A DNA stretch of 56,170 bases from a candidate division WWE3 bacterium RIFOXYD1_FULL_43_17 (GTDB taxonomy: Bacteria; Patescibacteriota; WWE3; UBA101185; UBA10185), in NCBI GenBank assembly GCA_001773385.1, contig MEWJ01000059.1, forward strand, positions 1-56,170, written 5' to 3'. Of this stretch, positions 10,401 through 18,469 are shown in pieces. Below the pieces are notes generated by a model. The model worked only from the letters and a program-made list of their open reading frames with translations. It did not search any database and was not told the origin of the DNA. The translations under genes were made by a program, and so were the position numbers. Each line of letters begins with the position of its first letter. Position 1 is the stretch's first letter.

Positions 10401-11509
10401 AAATTGTTATTACCGGAGGACATCATAGCTCGGCATTGCCTGTTATCGACCAGTTCAGGTCGAAGTATCCCGGTACGGAACTATACTGGTTCGGACACCG
10501 CCGTTCATTGGCAAGTGATAAGAACGACACGTTGGAGTTTAAGGAAATTACAGCGCTGGGCATACCTTTTTATAATCTACAGGCCGGAAAAGTATATAAA
10601 ACATTCAACCTTCTGCGTTTGCTCAAGGTCCCGTTCGGTTTCATACAGGCCTTCAGATGGCTGTTGAAAATAAAGCCTGATGTTATTCTCTCGTTCGGTG
10701 GTTATCTGGCAGTTCCTACCGTAATTTCAGGATGGGTGCTCGGCATTCCTTCTATCACTCACGAACAAACGGTTGTGGTAGGTTACGCTAACAAACTTCT
10801 CTCCACGTTCGTGAAAAAAATATGTATAGGTTGGAAGGATTCTGTAAAATACTTTCCCGCAAATAAAATTGTTTACTCCGGCGTCCCTCTTAGAAAAGCA
10901 GTGTTTGAAATTGGATCGGATTCTTTCAACTCCGCCAACAGTCTTCCCACTATTTATATAACTGCAGGTAAGACCGGTTCGCACACAATAAATGAAGTTG
11001 TAAAAGAGGCGTTGCCCGAACTTTTATCTGTGTGCAATGTTATTCATCAAAGCGGAGATCACTCAAAATTTAATGATTACGGTCAGTTGGAATCAATCTA
11101 TAAAGAAGTCAGCAGTTTGGCTAACGGCAAATTCTATTTAAGAAAGTTTGTGTTGGACGCAGAGATTGGGGAGGCTTTCAACAGATCGGCTTTAGTTGTG
11201 TCGAGGTCCGGAGCGCACACTGTTACAGAGCTTTTGGCTTTAGAAAAACCCTGTGTGCTTATTCCTATACCCTGGGTAAGTCACGACGAACAAAAAGAAA
11301 ATGCATTAATTCTGCAAAAATACGGTTTGGCAGAGATATTGGAAGAAAAGGATCTCAGCGAAGATACTTTTTTTGCCACCGTCAAAAAAGTGTTGGGACA
11401 CATTCACGCTTATAAACTTAATGACAAAGAAGCCGCGGAAATGGTAAATCTTAATGCAGCAGAAATAATCGCAGATGAAACTTATAGGCTCACGCAAAGA
11501 AATAACTAA
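10397..11509 (+). CDS. murG: Undecaprenyldiphospho-muramoylpentapeptide beta-N-acetylglucosaminyltransferase (MurG)
   Basis: 370 aa. GT28 pattern: N-terminal ITGGHHSSALP, C-terminal SRSGAHTVTELLALEKPCVLIP. Its position in the dcw cluster and the ATGA overlap with the ftsW stop support the call. Confidence 0.88.
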   Translation: MKIVITGGHHSSALPVIDQFRSKYPGTELYWFGHRRSLASDKNDTLEFKEITALGIPFYNLQAGKVYKTFNLLRLLKVPFGFIQAFRWLLKIKPDVILSFGGYLAVPTVISGWVLGIPSITHEQTVVVGYANKLLSTFVKKICIGWKDSVKYFPANKIVYSGVPLRKAVFEIGSDSFNSANSLPTIYITAGKTGSHTINEVVKEALPELLSVCNVIHQSGDHSKFNDYGQLESIYKEVSSLANGKFYLRKFVLDAEIGEAFNRSALVVSRSGAHTVTELLALEKPCVLIPIPWVSHDEQKENALILQKYGLAEILEEKDLSEDTFFATVKKVLGHIHAYKLNDKEAAEMVNLNAAEIIADETYRLTQRNN

Positions 11510-12326
11510 TAAACGTCCGCGGCCTGTTCAAACAAGCGGAAATCAAATTCTACTTAATAAAATAAGAAACCGCCGTAGGGGAATAAAAAGCCCACGCGTA
11601 TTTGCGAGAAAATATCACACAGCCATAAAAATATTAGTGGCTTTGCTAGTACTAGTTTCGTTAAGCTATCTTTCGTACAAATATATTTACCTAAGTCCGA
11701 AGTTTACTGTTAAGGCTGTGTCCGTAGTAGGAGGCGGGAAATTCGTGAACTTGCAGGATTTTCAAAATATTTCTGAGCAGAAAACAATAGGACATAGTAT
11801 TTTTTCAATAGATCTTAAAGAACTGGAAAATTTACTCAAAACAAACTTTTTAGGCGCCAGAAGCGTCGAAACGTCGTTAGACTATCCGGACACGGTGGTA
11901 ATCAAGATAGAAGAAAGACTGCCTGTCGCCGTGGTTACGGCGGGCAAAAAAAGTGACGTTCATTACCTAATAGACAACGAGGGATACGTTCTGGGCGAGG
12001 TTTCGGACGAATTTATGGACCTTCCGGAGATAATCTACGAAGGAGATATGAGAGTGGGGGCTTTTCTAGACGGCAGGATTGTTCCCGTGAGTATCGAGAT
12101 ACTCACGGAGGCCGGTAAAGCAGGTTTAAACGTTAGTAGCATAAGCTTTAGAGAACGATACTCAAAGCTGTATCTGGGCGCCACTGAGGTCTATTTGAGC
12201 AATTTAAAGGGTATAGGGGAGTCCGTGCAAAAGCTTGAGAAGCTGTATAAAAATCTGCTTCTTGAGGGCAAAAGGGTAATAAAAATTGATTTACGATATG
12301 ATAAAGTAATAGTATTATATGAGTAG
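11475..12326 (+). CDS. ftsQ: Cell division protein FtsQ/DivIB (POTRA domain)
   Basis: 283 aa: basic N-terminus, a single TM (ILVALLVLVSLSYL), then a POTRA-like beta region (KFTVKAVSVVGG). Sits between murG and ftsA. Confidence 0.7.
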   Translation: MKLIGSRKEITNKRPRPVQTSGNQILLNKIRNRRRGIKSPRVFARKYHTAIKILVALLVLVSLSYLSYKYIYLSPKFTVKAVSVVGGGKFVNLQDFQNISEQKTIGHSIFSIDLKELENLLKTNFLGARSVETSLDYPDTVVIKIEERLPVAVVTAGKKSDVHYLIDNEGYVLGEVSDEFMDLPEIIYEGDMRVGAFLDGRIVPVSIEILTEAGKAGLNVSSISFRERYSKLYLGATEVYLSNLKGIGESVQKLEKLYKNLLLEGKRVIKIDLRYDKVIVLYE

Positions 12327-12340
12327 CTTTTAACCACATT

Positions 12341-13597
12341 ATGCCCAAAGAAAAGATAATAACAGGAATAGACATCGGTTCAACCAAAGTGGGTACGACC
12401 ATAGCTTCAGTGTCCGAATCACGAGTTTCGGTGATAGGAGTTTCGGGAGAAGTACCCTCTAAAGGCGTAAATAAAGGAAATGTGGTAGATATCGACAGCG
12501 CCGTCGAGGCTATCGCTGCCAGCATTGAAAAAGCCGAACGTATGGCCGGAGTCTCAGTATCCAGCGCTTTCGTTACAATCAACGGCAGCCACATCGAAAC
12601 CCTGAATTCACACGGTGTTGTAGCCGTCTCGCCTAATCAAACGGACGAGATAAGCAAAGAAGATGTCTCACGCGTCATAGAAGCCGCTCAGGCAGTATCT
12701 TTACCGTCAACACGACAGATTATTCACGTAATTCCCCGCGATTTTTCAATAGACTCTCAGGAAGGCATAAAAGACCCTGTAGGGATGTCAGGAGTACGCC
12801 TGGAGGTGGAGACAAATATTATCCACGGAGCTTCGATAGCCCTGAGAAACATCGCCAGATGCGTAAATCAGGTGGGAGTGAACGTAGACGAGATGGTTTA
12901 TGCGGGAGTTGCATCGGCTGAGGCGGTTTTAACCGATACCGAAAAGGAACTCGGAACTTTATTGGTCGACATCGGTGGCGGTACCACCTCTATGATTGCG
13001 TTTTTGGACGGTAGCCCCGTTCATTCTGCGGTTTTACCCATCGGGGGGAAACTTATTACCAGCGACCTCGCCATTGGTTTAAGATCACGTCTTGAAGATG
13101 CCGAAAGAATTAAAATCAGGTTGAGCAATGAAGCGGTATTATCAAAGAACTCAGATGCCATAAGAAAAGATGAGGACTTTGACGTTTCAGAGTTCGGTCT
13201 CGAGATCGATAGATTACCCCGCCAGATGCTTTATAAAATACTAGACGCCCGTCTTGAAGAAATATTCCGTCTCATTGCGCTGGAAGTAACAAAAGTTAAT
13301 TTAAACGGCAAGCTTCCTGCAGGAGTTGTTGTCACGGGTGGCGGAGCTTTAACCGCAAACGTCGAAAGAAGTGCAAAAGTGAATTTGAAAATGCCGGTAA
13401 GACTGGGAATTCCAAGAGGAGTGACCGGATTAATTGATGAAATACAAGGTCCCTCGTCAGCAGCAGGGGTTGGTGCCGTATTGTACGGTGTGAAGCTTTT
13501 TAGAGGTAGCCAGCTGTTGTCATTTGATGACAGACGGGGTAATATGAATAAAAGCTTTTCGAGGTTTGTTGACAAATTAAAATCTTTCCTGCCCTAA
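12341..13597 (+). CDS. ftsA: Cell division protein FtsA
   Basis: 418 aa with actin-fold phosphate motifs (GIDIGSTKV, LVDIGGGTTS, VVVTGGGA). Lies immediately upstream of ftsZ. Confidence 0.92.
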   Translation: MPKEKIITGIDIGSTKVGTTIASVSESRVSVIGVSGEVPSKGVNKGNVVDIDSAVEAIAASIEKAERMAGVSVSSAFVTINGSHIETLNSHGVVAVSPNQTDEISKEDVSRVIEAAQAVSLPSTRQIIHVIPRDFSIDSQEGIKDPVGMSGVRLEVETNIIHGASIALRNIARCVNQVGVNVDEMVYAGVASAEAVLTDTEKELGTLLVDIGGGTTSMIAFLDGSPVHSAVLPIGGKLITSDLAIGLRSRLEDAERIKIRLSNEAVLSKNSDAIRKDEDFDVSEFGLEIDRLPRQMLYKILDARLEEIFRLIALEVTKVNLNGKLPAGVVVTGGGALTANVERSAKVNLKMPVRLGIPRGVTGLIDEIQGPSSAAGVGAVLYGVKLFRGSQLLSFDDRRGNMNKSFSRFVDKLKSFLP

Positions 13598-13635
13598 AAT
13601 TTAGATACCAAAAATAAATTTGGTATAGTGTTGCC

Positions 13636-14823
13636 ATGCAAGTTAAACCAGAGATAGAACGATTTGCAAAAATACGCGTTGTCGGGGTTGGAGGCGCCGG
13701 CGGTAATGTAATAAACTCCATGATCGATTCAAATCAGATCAGAGGTGTAGAATTTATCGCAATAAACACAGACGCTCAGGATCTTTCCATAAATAAAGCA
13801 GTAATAAAAATACCCATCGGCCAGGAACTTACGCAGGGGTTAGGTGCGGGCTCAAATCCTGAAATAGGAAGAAAAGCGGCCGAAGAATCCCTCGAAGTTA
13901 TAAAAAGCAATCTGGAAGGGGCAAACATGGTGTTCATTACAGCCGGTCTTGGCGGTGGAACAGGCACAGGAGCTTCTCCTACCGTTGCGAGGATTGCTAA
14001 GGAGTCAGGTGCCCTTACTATTGGTGTTGTTACTAAACCGTTCAATTTTGAGGGGATACAGCGAATGAGAGCTGCTGATAGAGGGATGATGGAGCTTAGA
14101 AAAGAAGTCGACGCTTTGATAACCATTCCAAACCAAAAATTACTTGAAGTAGCCGATGAAGACATGTCTATCATCGAGGCATTTAGACTGTCGGATAGCG
14201 TTTTAAACCAGGGTGTACAGGGAATATCGGATCTTATCGTGATGCCGGGGCTGATTAATGTTGATTTTGCTGATGTTAAAGCAATTATGAAGGACGCCGG
14301 AACTGCGTTGATGGGTATCGGTATTGGTACCGGAGAAAACAGAGCCGAAGTAGCGGCACAGGCAGCGATTTCTTCACCTTTACTCGAACAGTCAGTTGTA
14401 GGCGCAAAAGGAATTTTATTCAATATCTCAGGAGGTCCCGACCTTACTATGAGAGAAGTGGACAGAGCGGCTAATATTATCAGAGGAATAGCCGGTGAAG
14501 AGGCGGACATTATATTCGGAACATCGATTGATGATGAACTGACCGGTCAGCTTAAGATAACGGTAATCGCCACAGGATTTGAAGTTCCCGAAGAAGATGA
14601 CTCGATGGCGGGTTATGTTGAAAAACATTATGGACAGGCTCAGAAAAAAGATAAACCTGAAATGCCGTTCCAGCAGAATATGCCGGGACAGCCAAAAGTT
14701 GAAACTCCTCCTGAAGAAAAAAAACAACCCAAACTTCCGTCTGAAATGTGGAAACCAGAAGATGCGGAAGATGAAGATTACGGCACAGGTTTTGATATCC
14801 CCACTTTTTTAAGACAGAAGTAG
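13636..14823 (+). CDS. ftsZ: Cell division GTPase FtsZ
   Basis: Tubulin signature GLGGGTGTGASP, N-terminal GVGGAGGN, and the C-terminal conserved peptide DIPTFLRQK. It ends in a double stop, TAGTAG. Confidence 0.97.
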   Translation: MQVKPEIERFAKIRVVGVGGAGGNVINSMIDSNQIRGVEFIAINTDAQDLSINKAVIKIPIGQELTQGLGAGSNPEIGRKAAEESLEVIKSNLEGANMVFITAGLGGGTGTGASPTVARIAKESGALTIGVVTKPFNFEGIQRMRAADRGMMELRKEVDALITIPNQKLLEVADEDMSIIEAFRLSDSVLNQGVQGISDLIVMPGLINVDFADVKAIMKDAGTALMGIGIGTGENRAEVAAQAAISSPLLEQSVVGAKGILFNISGGPDLTMREVDRAANIIRGIAGEEADIIFGTSIDDELTGQLKITVIATGFEVPEEDDSMAGYVEKHYGQAQKKDKPEMPFQQNMPGQPKVETPPEEKKQPKLPSEMWKPEDAEDEDYGTGFDIPTFLRQK

Positions 14824-14963
14824 TAGTCATTTGAGTACAAAAGTGAGTACGCATCTGAGTACAGAAGTGATAGTCATCTGAGTACAGAAGTGATTACGCA
14901 TCTGAGTACAGAAGTAGTATTCATCTGAGTACAGAAGTGATTACGCATCTGAGTACAGAAGTG
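14813..14963. repeat. Tandem array A: one partial plus six full copies of the 18-nt core CATCTGAGTACAGAAGTG, period alternating 23/24 nt
   Basis: Cores lie at 14828, 14852, 14875, 14899, 14922 and 14946. Spacers alternate 6/5/6/5/6 nt (AGTACG, ATAGT, ATTACG, GTATT, ATTACG), which gives a 47-nt super-repeat. The partial copy overlaps the last codons and stop of ftsZ. Confidence 0.95.
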
Positions 14964-15134
14964 ATACGGGTAAGCACAAAGATCTTAGCAAATGTCATTT
15001 TCCCGCCGTTGCAACAAAACGAAAAATCAGCTGTGCGGTACATCAACAAATTAAATGAATACTCTAACGGACGTTTCCTTGTATATCAAACTTTTTTTTG
15101 CTTTCATTTAAGAACGTTGTATTTATTTATATAA

Positions 15135-15192
15135 CGTCTCGTGTTTCGACAATCTTTGGTTAGGCAGTGAAAGATTGCCGGCTTGTGAGACG
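15135..15192 (+). promoter_or_regulatory. Nested stem-loop in the nrdJ 5' leader
   Basis: The outer stem is CGTCTC (15135-15140) with GAGACG (15187-15192). The inner perfect 8-bp stem is CAATCTTT (15150-15157) with AAAGATTG (15170-15177), closing a 12-nt loop. The structure ends 11 nt before the nrdJ ATG. Confidence 0.35.
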
Positions 15193-15203
15193 AAAATAAC
15201 CTT

Positions 15204-17714
15204 ATGAGCTATCTCTACCGTGAGGATGCCTCGGTTTTTTCTAAGAACACGTCTATAGATTTTTCTGACAACGCAAAAAAGATCCTGGAGAAGAGATATC
15301 TCCGAAGGGATGCGAACGGAAATGTGTCCGAATCTCCTGAAGGAATGTTCGAACGTATTGCAGATGTTATGGCAGTTCCCGACCGTTCGTATACCGATTC
15401 TGAAAGATCCCGCGTAGAATTTTATAATCTTCTTTCCTCTAAAAAGTTTTTCCCTAACTCACCGACATTTACAGGTGCCGGTACCCCTTTGGGACAACTT
15501 GCGGCCTGTTTTGTTCTTCCTATTTCGGACGACCTGGGCAAGGAGAAAGACGGAATTTTCTCTACTCTCCGTGTCGCCTCACTGATACAACAGAGCGGGG
15601 GAGGAAACGGCTTTTCTTTTTCACGTTTAAGACCAAAAAATTCGAGAGTTGCGGCAAGCAACGGAATAGCTACCGGACCTGTAGGCTTTTTAAAAGTATA
15701 CGACGCCGCGTTTGGTGAGATTGCTCAGGGAGGCGTACGCCGCGGAGCAAACATGGGTGTTTTACGCATCGACCACCCGGATATAAGGGAATTTATAGCA
15801 TGTAAGTCTCAGGAAGGCGCTGTGGCGAATTTTAATCTGTCGGTTGCTATCACTGACAGGTTTATGGAAGCTGTAAAAAACGACTCTACTTATGATCTTG
15901 TTGATCCGCACACACTGAAAGTTACGGAATCCCCGAGAGCGCGGGAGATATTTGACCAGATAGTCGATTGTGCCCACAAAAACGGTGAACCCGGTGTTTT
16001 ATTCATCGACACCGCCAACAAGGAAAATCCGGTCCCCCACTTATACGAATTGGAAGCTACCAATCCCTGCGGGGAACAGTGGCTGGGACCTTATGAAAAC
16101 TGTTGTCTGGGTTCTATAAATCTGGCCGAACACCTGACTTCAGACGGAAAATTGGACTGGGAAGAGCTGAGGAGAACGGTAATATCTTCAACACGTTTTT
16201 TGGATAATGTTGTAGAAGCGAACAGATACATTCCGGCAGTACCTGAAATAAAAGAAGCGGCGATGGATGTGAGAAGAATAGGTTTAGGATTTATGGCTCT
16301 TGCTGACGCTATGTATTCGTTGGGCATAAGATACGGCAGCGAAGAAGGCCAGGAATTTGCCGCCCAGGTTTCCGAGTTCATAAGGTATTTTTCAATGAAG
16401 GCGTCTATCGAGCTGGCAAAAGAAAGAGGACCATTCAGAAAGATCCACGGAAGTATTTACGATCCCGATAACTTAAAATGGTCGCCTCCAAAACCTATAA
16501 CTGAATACAAAAGAAATTTCGGGAGGCCGTGGTTAGATTGGCCGTCAGTCACAGAGGGAATAAAGACTTACGGAATTAGAAACGGTGCTCAGACAACCAT
16601 AGCGCCTACGGGAACGATTTCTACGGTCGCCGGTGTTGAGGGTTATGGTTGCGAGCCGGTTTTTGCCCTCGCTTACTATAGAAACGTTTACCAGTCAGCA
16701 GGCAACGAGGGAAAAATGACGTTGGCTTATGTCAGCCCGTTTTTTCAGAAAGCACTAGACGACCTGAATTTGCCTGAAGAAACCAGAAAATCGATCATCG
16801 AAAAGGTAATTGAGACAGGAACATGCAAAAACATTTTAGAGTTACCGGAGGCCGTAAGAAATACATTTGTTGTTTCCGGAGAGGTCACGCCTGAAGAACA
16901 CATAATGACACAGGCATCTATTCAGGCATTCGTAGATAACTCCATATCCAAGACCTGTAACTTTCCGGAAGGTGCCACTAAAGAGGATGTCGCTAAGGTT
17001 TATATGATGGGCTGGGAAACAAAATGCAAGGGCTTAACGGTCTACGTGACGGGTAGCAGGCAAGAAGTTGTGTTGGAGACAAAATCCACCAAGGATCAAA
17101 AAGAGGGTAAAGAGGCAGCCGAGCCTGTTAATAAAGAGATTCTACTTACGGAGAAGGAAAGACCGTCCGACGAAGTAACAATAAGGCGCGGTTATAAATT
17201 AAGTGGCTCGACTTACAAGATGATAACTCCCCAGGGCAAGGCGTTTATTACCATAAATAAGAATGCAGAGGGCAGACCGTTGGAAGTTTTCCTTAATGTA
17301 GGAAAAGCGGGGAGTGACGTGGCAGCTTTAGCCGAAGGTCTGGGCAGACTATTGTCCGGTTGGCTTAGAATGCCTCAATTCAGCCTGGAGGTGGTAAGGG
17401 AAATAATAGTGCAGCTGGCAGGAATCGGAGGTTCAAAGTCCATTGGTTTCGGTAAAAACAGGGTAAGCTCTTTGCCGGACGCGGTAGCCAAGGTTTTGGC
17501 TGAAGAATTCGGTTTTACCGTAAAGGAAAATGGGACCAAATCCCAGGAAGAGACTGTCGAATCAACGGAAGTATCCGAAACGCAGCCCGAAGAAAAATTA
17601 GCACTTCCCCACTCGTTTACAAACACGGACATGTGTCCTGAATGCGGGAATTACACTCTTGTCCTGGAGGAGGGGTGCGCTAAGTGTTACCAGTGCGGTT
17701 ACAGCAGGTGTTAG
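15204..17714 (+). CDS. nrdJ: Adenosylcobalamin-dependent (class II) ribonucleotide reductase NrdJ
   Basis: 836 aa with the active-site region [20 protein letters not shown], the class II core motif TIAPTGTIS, and a C-terminal Cys4 zinc ribbon ([13 protein letters not shown]). Confidence 0.92.
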   Translation: MSYLYREDASVFSKNTSIDFSDNAKKILEKRYLRRDANGNVSESPEGMFERIADVMAVPDRSYTDSERSRVEFYNLLSSKKFFPNSPTFTGAGTPLGQLAACFVLPISDDLGKEKDGIFSTLRVASLIQQSGGGNGFSFSRLRPKNSRVAASNGIATGPVGFLKVYDAAFGEIAQGGVRRGANMGVLRIDHPDIREFIACKSQEGAVANFNLSVAITDRFMEAVKNDSTYDLVDPHTLKVTESPRAREIFDQIVDCAHKNGEPGVLFIDTANKENPVPHLYELEATNPCGEQWLGPYENCCLGSINLAEHLTSDGKLDWEELRRTVISSTRFLDNVVEANRYIPAVPEIKEAAMDVRRIGLGFMALADAMYSLGIRYGSEEGQEFAAQVSEFIRYFSMKASIELAKERGPFRKIHGSIYDPDNLKWSPPKPITEYKRNFGRPWLDWPSVTEGIKTYGIRNGAQTTIAPTGTISTVAGVEGYGCEPVFALAYYRNVYQSAGNEGKMTLAYVSPFFQKALDDLNLPEETRKSIIEKVIETGTCKNILELPEAVRNTFVVSGEVTPEEHIMTQASIQAFVDNSISKTCNFPEGATKEDVAKVYMMGWETKCKGLTVYVTGSRQEVVLETKSTKDQKEGKEAAEPVNKEILLTEKERPSDEVTIRRGYKLSGSTYKMITPQGKAFITINKNAEGRPLEVFLNVGKAGSDVAALAEGLGRLLSGWLRMPQFSLEVVREIIVQLAGIGGSKSIGFGKNRVSSLPDAVAKVLAEEFGFTVKENGTKSQEETVESTEVSETQPEEKLALPHSFTNTDMCPECGNYTLVLEEGCAKCYQCGYSRC

Positions 17715-17729
17715 TGGTATCATCTTCTT

Positions 17730-18269
17730 ATGAAGCTTTACACAAAAGAAGGTGACGCCGGAACTTCTGCACTACTTGGCTCCACAAAACGGATGCCCAA
17801 GTCGAGGCCTGTGTTTGAGATCTTAGGTGTTACGGACGAGGTAAACGCCACACTGGGGTGTGCTTTGGCATCTCTCAAAAAACCTTCCGAGACAGCACTT
17901 TTGGTGTCGATACAGGAAGATATATTCCTTATAGGTGCTTATATTGCCGGGCTTAAATTTTCTTCCGCAGATAAGGCTGTGTGGTCTAAAAGAGTAACGG
18001 ACCTGGAGGACAGAATAGACGCGTATTCGGCAAAACTGCCCCTCCTGAAGGCTTTTATACTTCCCGGAGGCTCTGAGGCTTCTTCACACATACATCTCGC
18101 ACGGGTGAAAGTGAGGACTTTAGAAAGAAACCTTGTGTCCTACAGCGGGAAAAAATCCCTAAAATTCCTTTTACCTTATATAAATAGACTCTCTGACCTA
18201 TTGTTCGTTTTGGCCCGTTATGTGAATATGGAACTTGGTAAGAAAGAGAAGATTTGGAGTAAAAAATAA
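17730..18269 (+). CDS. ATP:cob(I)alamin adenosyltransferase, PduO type
   Basis: 179 aa. The N-terminus YTKEGDAGTSALLGS..R..K and the helical-bundle remainder (LPGGSEASSHIHLARVKVRTLER) are typical of the PduO/MMAB family. Confidence 0.85.
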   Translation: MKLYTKEGDAGTSALLGSTKRMPKSRPVFEILGVTDEVNATLGCALASLKKPSETALLVSIQEDIFLIGAYIAGLKFSSADKAVWSKRVTDLEDRIDAYSAKLPLLKAFILPGGSEASSHIHLARVKVRTLERNLVSYSGKKSLKFLLPYINRLSDLLFVLARYVNMELGKKEKIWSKK

Positions 18270-18406
18270 TGAATAAAACCTATATATTTTTACTTATTAT
18301 GCTTGTTTTCATCATGACGGCTTTGGTAGGACTGTTGGTCTACAGGGCTTACGCCAACGATAAATTCTTTTCGGAGCAAGAATCTTTAGAAGTGGTAGTC
18401 ATCTGA
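18269..18406 (+). CDS. 45-codon single-TM ORF, translationally coupled to the adenosyltransferase gene
   Basis: The ATG overlaps the upstream stop (TAATG at 18267-18271). The peptide is MNKTYIFLLIMLVFIMTALVGLLVYRAYANDKFFSEQESLEVVVI. Its last codons and stop lie inside repeat array B. It is absent from the ORF track because it is under 60 aa. Confidence 0.35.
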   Translation: MNKTYIFLLIMLVFIMTALVGLLVYRAYANDKFFSEQESLEVVVI

Positions 18407-18452
18407 GTACAGAAGTGGTAGTCATCTGAGTACAGAAGTGGTTGAAATCTGA
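18387..18452. repeat. Tandem array B: two full copies of CATCTGAGTACAGAAGTG plus degenerate flanking copies, period 23 nt
   Basis: Cores lie at 18400-18417 and 18423-18440, with GTAGT spacers. A partial copy (TAGAAGTG) lies 5' and a degenerate copy (GTTGAAATCTGA) lies 3'. Same core and same orientation as array A. Confidence 0.95.
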
Positions 18453-18469
18453 TAAAATTCTTTTGTTCT

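Noticed and set aside
13776-14510. A 244-aa ORF antisense to ftsZ. Similar long antisense ORFs occur at 740-1234, 2274-2705, 7300-7758, 12148-12594 and 23040-23495.
   Set aside because: They lie fully inside strongly supported conserved genes on the opposite strand. Their composition is low-complexity (Ser/Pro/Ala/Ile-rich) and they carry no motifs. These are shadow ORFs.
14813-14963. Whether the tandem array is a CRISPR array.
   Set aside because: The spacers between the 18-nt cores are only 5-6 nt and fall into two recurring classes. No cas genes are present, and the period of 23-24 nt is far below CRISPR repeat-plus-spacer lengths.
14964-15203. A cobalamin riboswitch or NrdR boxes upstream of nrdJ.
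   Set aside because: There are only loose resemblances (CGGGTAAGC, CCCGCCGTTG, GCAGTGAAAG). I found no recognisable B12 box and no 16-bp NrdR palindrome pair. B12 riboswitches normally repress B12-independent RNRs rather than nrdJ. A covariance-model scan would be needed to reopen this.
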